The notes below the pieces were generated by a model. That model ran no database searches and was not told the DNA's origin. It saw nothing but the letters and a program-made list of their open reading frames with translations. Shown piece after piece: positions 40,980 to 48,819 of a stretch of 64,000 nt of DNA (position 1 is its first letter; every line of letters starts with the position of its first letter). The stretch comes from Gammaproteobacteria bacterium (GTDB taxonomy: Bacteria > Pseudomonadota > Gammaproteobacteria > Ga0077554 > Ga007554): the NCBI GenBank assembly GCA_021731145.1, contig JAKFXX010000007.1:5653-69652 (forward strand), given 5' to 3'. A program made the translations under genes and the position numbers.

Positions 40980-41079
40980 TGGTGAGAGATAGCCGCCATA
41001 ATCAGGCACACTCCAGTGCATTCGCTTATGGCGGCCGCTGCTTCCGGCATGATATTGACAGCGCAAAGAGGCTGATTCC

Positions 41080-41517
41080 ATGATGCCAAATCCGCGCCTG
41101 ATAGGTTTTCTTAATCGTGCGCTAAGCCATGAAATGGCGGCGGTGCAACAATACCTCATGCAGTCCAGACTTGCCGCGTTGTGGGGAATGGCGGAACTCA
41201 GCGAACAATTCCGCCGTGATGTGGAGGAGGAGCTGGTCCATGCCGAGCGTCTCATGGAACGCATGCTGATTTACGGCGCCACCGCCAACGCCACCCAGCT
41301 TATCCCTGTCAGGCTGGGTAGGACGCTGTCGGAAATACTCGATATCAACCGTGCCATCGAACTTGAGGCGGTGCGTTTATACGAGGAAGCGGCGGATTAT
41401 TGTGAGCGCACCCGGGATTTTGAAAATCGTGATCTGTTTGCGGGTATACTGGAGGAAGAAATTGCACACCTTCGGCATATTGATAAACTGCAACAGTCAC
41501 TAATGAAACAGGTGTAA
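41080..41517 (+). CDS. Bacterioferritin-like (ferritin-like di-iron) protein of cso operons
   Basis: 145 aa. Four-helix ferritin pattern with E...E..H pairs (EEELVHAERL, EEEIAHLRHI). Confidence 0.75.
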   Translation: MMPNPRLIGFLNRALSHEMAAVQQYLMQSRLAALWGMAELSEQFRRDVEEELVHAERLMERMLIYGATANATQLIPVRLGRTLSEILDINRAIELEAVRLYEEAADYCERTRDFENRDLFAGILEEEIAHLRHIDKLQQSLMKQV

Positions 41518-41521
41518 CGCC

Positions 41522-41809
41522 ATGCACGACGAACGCGCTCCAAGCACCCTTTCAGCGGCATGGGAGCAACGCGAAAAGCCTGCCTCACTCAGTCGCCGTC
41601 TGGCTTTTCCGTCATACGCCGAGACCCGCCGCTTTCTCGATTGGCTGGCTGCCTTGTCGGAGCGCGATGGCTATTACCCAAGCAGCAGCTTTGGTACCAC
41701 CTATGTCAATATAACCATTGATGCGCGTGACGGACAGGCTATCAGTCCCGCCGATCTCGCATTTGCGCACGAGATTGATGTCTTCTGCGAAAATTCAGGC
41801 ACTGCGTAA
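41522..41809 (+). CDS. Pterin-4a-carbinolamine dehydratase-like protein (alpha-carboxysome RuBisCO assembly factor type)
   Basis: 95 aa. L.R...F.S+.E...FL..L....E...++P......T.V.I.+ pattern of the PCD fold. Position after the bfr-like gene is conserved in cso clusters. Confidence 0.65.
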   Translation: MHDERAPSTLSAAWEQREKPASLSRRLAFPSYAETRRFLDWLAALSERDGYYPSSSFGTTYVNITIDARDGQAISPADLAFAHEIDVFCENSGTA

Positions 41810-41819
41810 GGCACAACAT

Positions 41820-42458
41820 ATGCCCACACAGGTGTTTGCGATAGCGAATCAGAAGGGTGGTACGGGCAAAACCACCCTCACCATGAACCTGGCGGCCGGC
41901 TTGGCGCGCCGTGGTCGCACCTTGGTGGTGGATGCTGACCCGCAGGGATCCGCCAGCCAGTGGGCGCGCCTGGCGCCGGAGGAGCGCGCTTATCCCGCCA
42001 CGGTGATCGCAGTGGCAGGTAGCTTGAGCCGGGAAATTGGGCGTTTCCGGCAGGATTATCAATATATTGTGGTGGATTGCCCGCCAACGCTGGAGAACGA
42101 TGCCGTGCGTCTGGCGATGGTGGCAGCGGACAGGGTACTGATTCCGGTGCTGCCGTCACCCATGGATTTATGGGCGAGCGTGCGTATGGCCAAGGCCGTT
42201 GAAAGCGCAAGGCAGGACAATCGCAATTTACAAGCGCATTTAATCCTCAACCAGCTTGAGGTGCGCAATGCGTTGTCACGCTCCATGCGACAGGCGCTCG
42301 CTGAGTTTGACATCCCGGCGCTGAAAAACGCCGTGCAGCGCCGCGCCATCTATCGCAGCGCGGCGCTGGAAGGGGCGAGTGTGTATGAGCTTGCGAATCG
42401 CGGCAAACCCGCTGCCGCAGAAATTGACGCCATCATTGAGGAGATACTGGATCTATGA
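41820..42458 (+). CDS. mcdA: ParA/MinD-family ATPase, carboxysome-positioning McdA-like
   Basis: Start taken at MPTQVFAIANQKGGTGKTT (deviant Walker A with signature Lys). VVDCPP Walker B region. Located at the end of the cso operon. Confidence 0.8.
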   Translation: MPTQVFAIANQKGGTGKTTLTMNLAAGLARRGRTLVVDADPQGSASQWARLAPEERAYPATVIAVAGSLSREIGRFRQDYQYIVVDCPPTLENDAVRLAMVAADRVLIPVLPSPMDLWASVRMAKAVESARQDNRNLQAHLILNQLEVRNALSRSMRQALAEFDIPALKNAVQRRAIYRSAALEGASVYELANRGKPAAAEIDAIIEEILDL

Positions 42459-42649
42459 AAAAACTGGAAACCAAGCTGGCGGCCGGCGTGCGCCAAGCCA
42501 AAAAATCGCAGGAGTTGCCGGAGTCATCCACGACGCCTGCCTCGACTCCAACGCCGCCCCAAGCCGCGCGCCAAAGCGATCAGTCGCCTGCCTCGGCTCG
42601 GGATGATGCGCGGAACAACCTCCACCCGGAGCGGGTTTGGCCGGATTAA
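42455..42649 (+). CDS. Small disordered protein, McdB-like (C-terminal ...RVWPD)
   Basis: 64 aa. ATGA overlap with the ParA-like gene. Basic N-terminus, P/S/T/Q/A-rich low-complexity middle, Trp three residues from the C-terminus. Confidence 0.45.
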   Translation: MKKLETKLAAGVRQAKKSQELPESSTTPASTPTPPQAARQSDQSPASARDDARNNLHPERVWPD

Positions 42650-42673
42650 TAGCCAACCATAATGCGATCTGGT

Positions 42674-43651
42674 TCATACCTTCGGTAATGGCGCTTTAAT
42701 TGCCTTTAGTACCTTTTCCGGCCAAACGGTTCGCTGATCATTAAAGGGCGCCTCGGCGACCTGCCTTCCCTCATTAAGCAGGTAGTCATGGAATGCCTGC
42801 GCAACGACGGACAGCTTTTTATCGCCAGGGTAAGCAATGTACCAATGGCGCAGGATGGGGAAGCCCTCCACGTCGAGGATGGCGAAGCCCCCGGATATCC
42901 AGTCCAGCGCCAGGGTATGTACCGACAATGCCGCTATCCCAAGTCCGCCCGCGATGCCCTGCTTGATGGCCTCGTTGCTGCCCAGCTCCATCCTGACCCG
43001 CAGCGATATGCCGTTGTCCTCGAAAAGCTTCTGTGTCGCCTGACGTATGCCCGAGCCGGGTTCACGCATGATAAACGGCTCCTCGGCGATGCGTTGCAAG
43101 GGGATGTTTTTCCTTTTTGCCAGGGGGTGATCGGCGCGTGCCACCACCACCAGCGGATTTTCCATGAAAGGCTGGAAATTTGTTCCGAGATTTTCCGGAG
43201 GCTGACCCAGGATGTAGAGATCATCCATGTTTTCGCTCAAGCGCTCCAGGACGCGCTCACGGTTGGTGACATTGAGTGAAATATCGATGCCTGGATAACG
43301 CTGGCAGAATGGGCCGAGTACACGCGGTGCAAAATATTTTGCCGTGGTGATAACGGAAAGGCGCAACCGGCCTTTCTTTAACCCCTTGTGGTCTGCTATC
43401 GTCATTTCGAAGCGCTCGAGACTGCCGAAAATTTCCTGGCAGGTTGTATAGAGTTCGCGTCCCGCATCGGTAAGATGGATGCGCTTGCCGATCTGCTCGA
43501 ATAAGGGCAAGCCCACGATGTCGGTGAGCTGCTTGATCTGCATGGAAACGGTCGGCTGCGTCAGGAAGAGTTCTTCCGCCGCACGGGTAAAGCTGAGGTG
43601 GCGCGCGATGGTCTCAAAAACCTTGAGTTGGCGGAACGTGGCGTGTCTCAT
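42674..43651 (-). CDS. cbbR: LysR-family transcriptional regulator (CbbR-like), divergent from sulP
   Basis: Start taken at MRHATFRQLKVFETIARHLSFTRAAEELFLTQPTVSMQIKQL (HTH). LysR substrate-binding domain follows. Confidence 0.8.
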   Translation of the reverse strand: MRHATFRQLKVFETIARHLSFTRAAEELFLTQPTVSMQIKQLTDIVGLPLFEQIGKRIHLTDAGRELYTTCQEIFGSLERFEMTIADHKGLKKGRLRLSVITTAKYFAPRVLGPFCQRYPGIDISLNVTNRERVLERLSENMDDLYILGQPPENLGTNFQPFMENPLVVVARADHPLAKRKNIPLQRIAEEPFIMREPGSGIRQATQKLFEDNGISLRVRMELGSNEAIKQGIAGGLGIAALSVHTLALDWISGGFAILDVEGFPILRHWYIAYPGDKKLSVVAQAFHDYLLNEGRQVAEAPFNDQRTVWPEKVLKAIKAPLPKV

Positions 43652-43688
43652 AAGTTGGGTTCCTGAAAAAATACCTGCATTGCTATAT

Positions 43689-43706
43689 GATAGACAAAAT
43701 TCTATC
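43689..43706. promoter_or_regulatory. Perfect inverted repeat GATAGA-N6-TCTATC in the cbbR/sulP divergent region
   Basis: Read directly. Lies 38-55 bp upstream of the proposed cbbR ATG. Confidence 0.45.
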
Positions 43707-43820
43707 AAGACAATCATAAAAATCTAATTATATTTATCTAACCTTTGAATGTATTCTCGGCAACACATATTCAATATCAATATCGCGCGATGTGCATGGT
43801 ATACCCTAGAGTGAGCCGAG

Positions 43821-46085
43821 ATGAGTGAGGTCGCGAACGAACCGGCTGTTCAGCCCCAAAACGGCATAAAAGGCCTGCGTCACTGGCGCTATGACATGCT
43901 TGCCGGTCTGCAGGTGGCCATGGTTTCACTGCCGCTTTCTCTGGCTATTGCGATTGCATCGGGTGCTCCGCCCGTGGCTGGGCTTATTTCCGCAATCATC
44001 GCAGGTTTGATCTTTCCCTTGCTGGGTGGCGCGTATGTGACTATCAGCGGGCCAGCGGCAGGCTTGGCGCCCGCGCTGTTGGCGGGCATGCTCACGCTGG
44101 GCAGTGGCGATCTGGCGGTGGGCTACCCGCTGTTGCTGGTTGCCATCTGTCTGACGGGCATGATCCAGGTGATATTGAGCGCGCTGAAGGCGGGCAAATA
44201 CGCCATTTTTCTGCCCGCCACAGTGGTAGAGGGCATGCTTGCGGCAATCGGTGTGATGATTATCATCAAGCAACTTCCGTTACTGATCGGCGTTGCAGCG
44301 GCACCATCAAAAAGCATATTGGCTGCGTTGGCCAAGCTGCCCGGATATTTTTTGCACCTTGATGTGAAAGTGTTCCTGCTCGGCGCGATATGCCTATTCT
44401 TGATGTTTTTCTTCAACCGCAGCAAGAATCATTGGCTTAAACGACTTCCCGCCCCATTGCTGGTGGCGGCTACCGGCATTGCTCTTGGCTATCTGTTCCA
44501 GCTCGCGCCAAATCAATTGATCAAGGTGCCGGATCAAATCCTCCATGGCGTCACCCTGCCGAATTTCAGCGGTGTCTGGGAACGGCAGGAGCTCTGGTGG
44601 AGCGTCATCGTTATTGTGATTACGCTGACCCTTATTGATGGCATCGAGTCGCTTGCCACCATTGCGGCGGTGGACAAGATCGATCCGTTTCAACGAAAGT
44701 CGAACCCCAACGTCACATTGCGCGCGATGGGTGTCTCCAATATGTTGTCCAGCCTGGCGGGAGGGCTGACCATTATTCCCGGTGGAGTAAAAAGCCGGGC
44801 GAATATTGACGCTGGTGGGCGCACCTTGTGGGCTAATGCCTACAACGCAGTATTTTTGCTGATATTTACTCTGTTGGGTACGGCGCTGATTAACCGTATT
44901 CCTCTGGCCACCCTGGCGGCGATCATCATCTATGTGGGATGGCGCTTGTGTCAGCCAGGCGTGTTCAGTAAAACCTATGGCATAGGTAAAGATCAGTTTG
45001 TCATTTTTGTGGGTACGATAACCGCCATTCTCGTGACCGATCTCCTGATGGGGATTTTGCTCGGGGTGCTGGCGGAGTTCCTGCTGCTGCTTTATCTGCT
45101 GATGCCTTCTTTCAGGTACGTGCTCAGGGGGCATCTTACCTTCGGGCGTTCGTTTGAATTTTTACGGGCACATCTGTCCGGGCTGCTGACAAGCCCCGTG
45201 ATCAAGGTAAAAACCATTGAACATGCAGGCAAGGAAACCTGTGAAGTATCGCTCTCGTCGGTGGTCTGTTTTAACCTGCTGCACCTGGACAAGGTGCTCG
45301 CACTGCTCCCCAGGCATGCCGATGTGGCGCTGGTGGTCACCGAGTCTGGCAAGATTATTGATCACACTGCAATGGAATACTTACACCACTTCCGCGAAGA
45401 ATGCCTGCGCGAAGGGAGGTCATGCACTATCCAGGGGATGGAGAATTATTATCCCTTCTCGCAGCATTCCCTGTCCGCGCGCATGCCCGATGTCCAGCTT
45501 ATGCGGCAGGAAGAGACCCTATCAGAGCGCCAACAGGAAATGAGTGAAATTGCGGGACGATATGATCTGGCGTTTTCGCCGGGTATTGAAACCACCTTGA
45601 ATGCGCAAGATTTCGTCTACTTTCGCCGCGGCGACAACAAGCAGAAACGCAACGTCATGAGCGGCCTGTATAAAGGCCGTCAGGTCAAATTGTTTGACTA
45701 TAGCCACACCCGTGCGCCGGACTATTATTCGGAGCATCGCCACACGCTGATCATCGTAGGCCCGCTGGAAAAGGCGATCCCGGATTTCATCGTGGCGCCG
45801 GCGCACTACCTTGAACGCTATCTGGTCGGCTATCGGGAGGTGGCCTTTGACGATCACCAGGAATTCTCCGAGATCTATCGTGTTTACACCAAGAGTGACG
45901 CGGACATACGGGGCTGCCTGACTGACGAGCTGATCCAGTTCTTCATGGACAATCCGAAATTTTACATGGAGGTGCGCGGCACCATGTGCTTGGCGTTCAG
46001 GCCGGACAAGGAGTTGGAGCAGGCTGGCACGATCCCGGTATTATTCTCGTTTGCTGATGCGTGTGATAAAGCTGGCTCAGCCTGA
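43821..46085 (+). CDS. SulP-family anion transporter with STAS domain and an additional ~190-aa C-terminal domain of unknown function
   Basis: 754 aa. Polytopic SulP core (LAGLQVAMVSLPLSLAIAIASGAPPVAGL...), STAS-like segment (~aa 450-560), then an extra soluble region (aa ~560-754). Confidence 0.82.
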   Translation: MSEVANEPAVQPQNGIKGLRHWRYDMLAGLQVAMVSLPLSLAIAIASGAPPVAGLISAIIAGLIFPLLGGAYVTISGPAAGLAPALLAGMLTLGSGDLAVGYPLLLVAICLTGMIQVILSALKAGKYAIFLPATVVEGMLAAIGVMIIIKQLPLLIGVAAAPSKSILAALAKLPGYFLHLDVKVFLLGAICLFLMFFFNRSKNHWLKRLPAPLLVAATGIALGYLFQLAPNQLIKVPDQILHGVTLPNFSGVWERQELWWSVIVIVITLTLIDGIESLATIAAVDKIDPFQRKSNPNVTLRAMGVSNMLSSLAGGLTIIPGGVKSRANIDAGGRTLWANAYNAVFLLIFTLLGTALINRIPLATLAAIIIYVGWRLCQPGVFSKTYGIGKDQFVIFVGTITAILVTDLLMGILLGVLAEFLLLLYLLMPSFRYVLRGHLTFGRSFEFLRAHLSGLLTSPVIKVKTIEHAGKETCEVSLSSVVCFNLLHLDKVLALLPRHADVALVVTESGKIIDHTAMEYLHHFREECLREGRSCTIQGMENYYPFSQHSLSARMPDVQLMRQEETLSERQQEMSEIAGRYDLAFSPGIETTLNAQDFVYFRRGDNKQKRNVMSGLYKGRQVKLFDYSHTRAPDYYSEHRHTLIIVGPLEKAIPDFIVAPAHYLERYLVGYREVAFDDHQEFSEIYRVYTKSDADIRGCLTDELIQFFMDNPKFYMEVRGTMCLAFRPDKELEQAGTIPVLFSFADACDKAGSA

Positions 46086-46150
46086 GGCAGGTAAACGGAC
46101 GAAAATAGCATGCCACATGATTAGCGGCGCTACCATACCCCCCAAGAATC

Positions 46151-46166
46151 ATAGATATAAATCTAT
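46151..46166. promoter_or_regulatory. Perfect inverted repeat ATAGA-N6-TCTAT upstream of the sbtA-like gene
   Basis: Read directly. Same half-sites and spacing as 43689-43706. Confidence 0.4.
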
Positions 46167-46262
46167 CGAAAAGTAATTTACTTCTGATTTTTATTTATTT
46201 ATCTTTCCATGCATTATTAGTCTGACGTTTTCGCTATCGCATTAAAACGAGGCAGGTGAACT

Positions 46263-47255
46263 ATGCTTTCCAATCTTCTCATTCCGGCGGTATTGTTTTT
46301 TGCGCTCGGATTTCTCGCGCAGGTGGTCCGCTCCGATCTCAAGTTTCCCCCGGATCTGGCCAAGGCCTTATCCATTTACTTGTTGCTGGGTATCGGGCTG
46401 CACGGGGGCATCGAACTGGGCAAGGCGGACTTCGGCGCGGCAGTCGATGCCGTGGTCGCCGCGCTTGCCCTGGGGTTTTTGCTGCCGCTGCTGGCCTACG
46501 CCATCCTGCGTTGGCTGGGGCGCATCGATCCCCTGAATTCATCGGCGATCGCCGCCCATTACGGCTCGGTCAGCGCGGGTACCTTTCTGACTGCGCTGGC
46601 ATTCCTGGAAGTGCAGAATGTCGCCCATGAAACTTATCCGATCATCATGCTCGCCATCATGGAGTCCCCGGCGATTATCATCGGCCTGCTGCTGGCCAAG
46701 TTTTCGCGCTCTGGTACGGCGGCACAGCCTAATGAGGCGCAGGGTAATGGCGGTGGCCACTCGGTGATGGGTGAACTTCTCCGGGATGCCTTTACCAACG
46801 GCAGCGTGATTCTTCTTCTCGGCGCAATCGTGGTGGGGGTGGTCGCCACGCCTCCCAGCCTGCAAAAAATCATGCCGTTTTATGACCAGATTTTCATGGG
46901 CGTCCTGTCGCTGTTTCTGCTGGAAATGGGCATGGAGGCGGCCAAACGCATCGGCGAGTTCCGCAAGGTGGGGATGTTTCTGGTGGGTTTCGGGGTGGCC
47001 ATGCCGTTGATCGGCGGGGCCATCGGCCTGCTGGTGGGGCATGCCGTGCTGGGATTCAGCGTGGGTGGCGTCACTCTCGTTGCAGTGCTGGCCGCGAGCG
47101 CCTCCTACATTGCGGTGCCACCCGCCATGCGGCTGGCGATTCCCGAGGCCAACCCGTCCTTTTACCTGACTTTGTCGCTGGGGGTGACCTTCCCGTTTAA
47201 TGTCATTTTCGGTATTCCGCTGTATTATGAATTGGCTCAATGGCTCGCGCGTTAA
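46263..47255 (+). CDS. SbtA-like (Sbt_1 family) putative Na+/bicarbonate transporter
   Basis: 330 aa. Collinear with cyanobacterial SbtA from memory: LEMGMEAAKRIGEFRKV vs LIMGMEAWSRIGELRKV; AASASYIAVPPAMRLAIPEANPSFYL vs AASSSDISGPPTLRAGIPSANPSAYI. Confidence 0.75.
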   Translation: MLSNLLIPAVLFFALGFLAQVVRSDLKFPPDLAKALSIYLLLGIGLHGGIELGKADFGAAVDAVVAALALGFLLPLLAYAILRWLGRIDPLNSSAIAAHYGSVSAGTFLTALAFLEVQNVAHETYPIIMLAIMESPAIIIGLLLAKFSRSGTAAQPNEAQGNGGGHSVMGELLRDAFTNGSVILLLGAIVVGVVATPPSLQKIMPFYDQIFMGVLSLFLLEMGMEAAKRIGEFRKVGMFLVGFGVAMPLIGGAIGLLVGHAVLGFSVGGVTLVAVLAASASYIAVPPAMRLAIPEANPSFYLTLSLGVTFPFNVIFGIPLYYELAQWLAR

Positions 47256-47282
47256 GCGGCATTATTAGCCCCCCCCGGAGGT

Positions 47283-47600
47283 ATGAGTATGGTGAAATTA
47301 GTAGCAGAGAAATTGGTCCGTATCATTGCGACGGCGGAACTTGAGACACAGCTTATCGAGCTCTCGAAGCGTCATTCGGTGAGCGGGTACACAGTAGTGG
47401 ATGCCCGCGGCGCTGGGGCTTCCGGTATTCAACACGGGTTGATGGACATCGACAGCAATATCCTGTTTCTGATGGTCGTGCCCCCGGAGCGGCTTGATGA
47501 AGTCATGGAGGATCTGGCCAAGATCATCCGCCGTGGCCATCACCTGCTGGTGCTGGTCTCCGATACTGAGGTAATGCGCAGGAAGAAGGATTTGTCTTGA
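47283..47600 (+). CDS. P-II-like signalling protein (SbtB-like)
   Basis: 105 aa. beta-alpha-beta-beta-alpha-beta pattern (KLVRIIA...GYTVVDARGAG...ILFLMVV...LLVLVSD). Immediately downstream of the sbtA-like gene. Confidence 0.55.
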   Translation: MSMVKLVAEKLVRIIATAELETQLIELSKRHSVSGYTVVDARGAGASGIQHGLMDIDSNILFLMVVPPERLDEVMEDLAKIIRRGHHLLVLVSDTEVMRRKKDLS

Positions 47601-47610
47601 TATGTTGCTG

Positions 47611-48609
47611 TTACGGATCTTTCTTCGTGCCCGCAGCCTGTTTGTTCTTGTTCGACACCTGTGCCGGAATTCCCCCGCCACGCATGGCCTCCAGTAATCC
47701 CTTGGCCTCGTTCAGAATAAACTCCTTGAACGCCTGGGCGACCGGGGAGAGGCGTTTGTCGCGCTGGTGAACCAGGTACCACTGGCGGATGATGGGGAGC
47801 GAAGCGACATCGAGAATGGCAAGGCGTTTGACCTCTATTTCCAGATTAATGGTATGAATGGAAACGATCCCTAGCCCCAGCCCGGCCTGCACTCCCTGCT
47901 TGATGGCCTCGCTACTATCCATTTCCATGCCACCGATCAGGTGGATGTTGTGCTCCGCAAAGAACCGCTCCATGGCGATACGTGTGCCGGAACCCTGCTC
48001 GCGCATCAGGAAGGTCTCGCGTTGTAGCCGTTCCAGCGGGATGTTGCGCTCCTGGCGTAGCGGGTGATTGTAGGGCGCAATCACCACCAGCGGGTTTTCC
48101 ATAAACGGCTCGGCGATGATATCGTCCTGCTTGGGGGGCACGCCCATAATCATCATGTCCCGCTCGTTGGATGCAAGCTGGCGCAGCAGCGTCTCGCGGT
48201 TGGTGACATTCAGGCTGACTGTCGCCCCATCAAAACGTTTGCTGAAAATGGAGAGAAGATAAGGGGCAAAGTGTTTGGCAGTGCTGACCACCGAGATGTT
48301 GAGCCGGCCGCGTGTTACGCCCTTGAGTTCCGACAGCACCGCCTCGGCCTCGGCCAGTTGCTGCGTGATAAGGCGGCTGTAGTGGTAAAGCTCGCGCCCC
48401 GCCTCGGTCAGAAAAATACGCTTGCCGATCTGCTCAAACAGCGGCAGGCCGATATTGCCCTCCAACTGCTTGACTTGCATGGAGATCGCCGGTTGCGTCA
48501 AGTACAGATCCCCGGCAGCGCGCGTATAGCTGGAATGGCGCGCGACGGCCTCGAATACCCTGAGCTGGCGAAGCGTGATATTCTTCATCATAATGTCGTG
48601 CTTCAACAT
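47611..48609 (-). CDS. cbbR: LysR-family transcriptional regulator (CbbR), divergent from cbbL
   Basis: HTH ITLRQLRVFEAVARHSSYTRAAGDLYLTQPAISMQVKQLE. The true start is probably MMKNITL (48591/48588), which leaves the palindrome at 48614-48628 upstream. Confidence 0.85.
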   Translation of the reverse strand: MLKHDIMMKNITLRQLRVFEAVARHSSYTRAAGDLYLTQPAISMQVKQLEGNIGLPLFEQIGKRIFLTEAGRELYHYSRLITQQLAEAEAVLSELKGVTRGRLNISVVSTAKHFAPYLLSIFSKRFDGATVSLNVTNRETLLRQLASNERDMMIMGVPPKQDDIIAEPFMENPLVVIAPYNHPLRQERNIPLERLQRETFLMREQGSGTRIAMERFFAEHNIHLIGGMEMDSSEAIKQGVQAGLGLGIVSIHTINLEIEVKRLAILDVASLPIIRQWYLVHQRDKRLSPVAQAFKEFILNEAKGLLEAMRGGGIPAQVSNKNKQAAGTKKDP

Positions 48610-48613
48610 ATAG

Positions 48614-48628
48614 ATAAGAATATCTTAT
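48614..48628. promoter_or_regulatory. Inverted repeat ATAAGA-ATA-TCTTAT in the cbbR/cbbL divergent region
   Basis: Read directly. An overlapping ATAGA half-site lies at 48610-48614. Confidence 0.4.
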
Positions 48629-48645
48629 GCTGATAATAAAAAATA

Positions 48646-48663
48646 CTGAATATTATTTATAAT
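48646..48663 (+). promoter_or_regulatory. AT-rich box CTGAATATTATTTATAAT upstream of cbbL (one of five related boxes)
   Basis: 15 nt (48649-48663, AATATTATTTATAAT) are identical to 33155-33169 upstream of the orphan SSU-like gene. Related boxes: 34606-34620, 43723-43737, 46184-46198. Confidence 0.4.
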
Positions 48664-48819
48664 TAAAAGTGGGCATAGTAATGTCCACTAAGGTAGTGTT
48701 GATTTCCCGGCATACCAGAAATACCTTACGGCGGCCCCGCTCGGGATAGTTTGCGTGGGACGCTTTGACGATTTACTGAATAAACTAAAGTATTTTTCAT
48801 CCCTCAGAAGGAGTCACCT

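Noticed and set aside
41718-41819. A 5' extension of the ParA-like ORF (listed start 41718) overlapping the PCD-like gene by 92 nt.
   Set aside because: The extension has no ParA homology. The Walker A motif follows directly after the internal Met at 41820, which sits 11 nt after the upstream stop, so the shorter gene is preferred. The same logic was applied to the listed 5' extensions of cbbR (43717), csoS2 (34709), speA (25312) and the HAF protein (26236).
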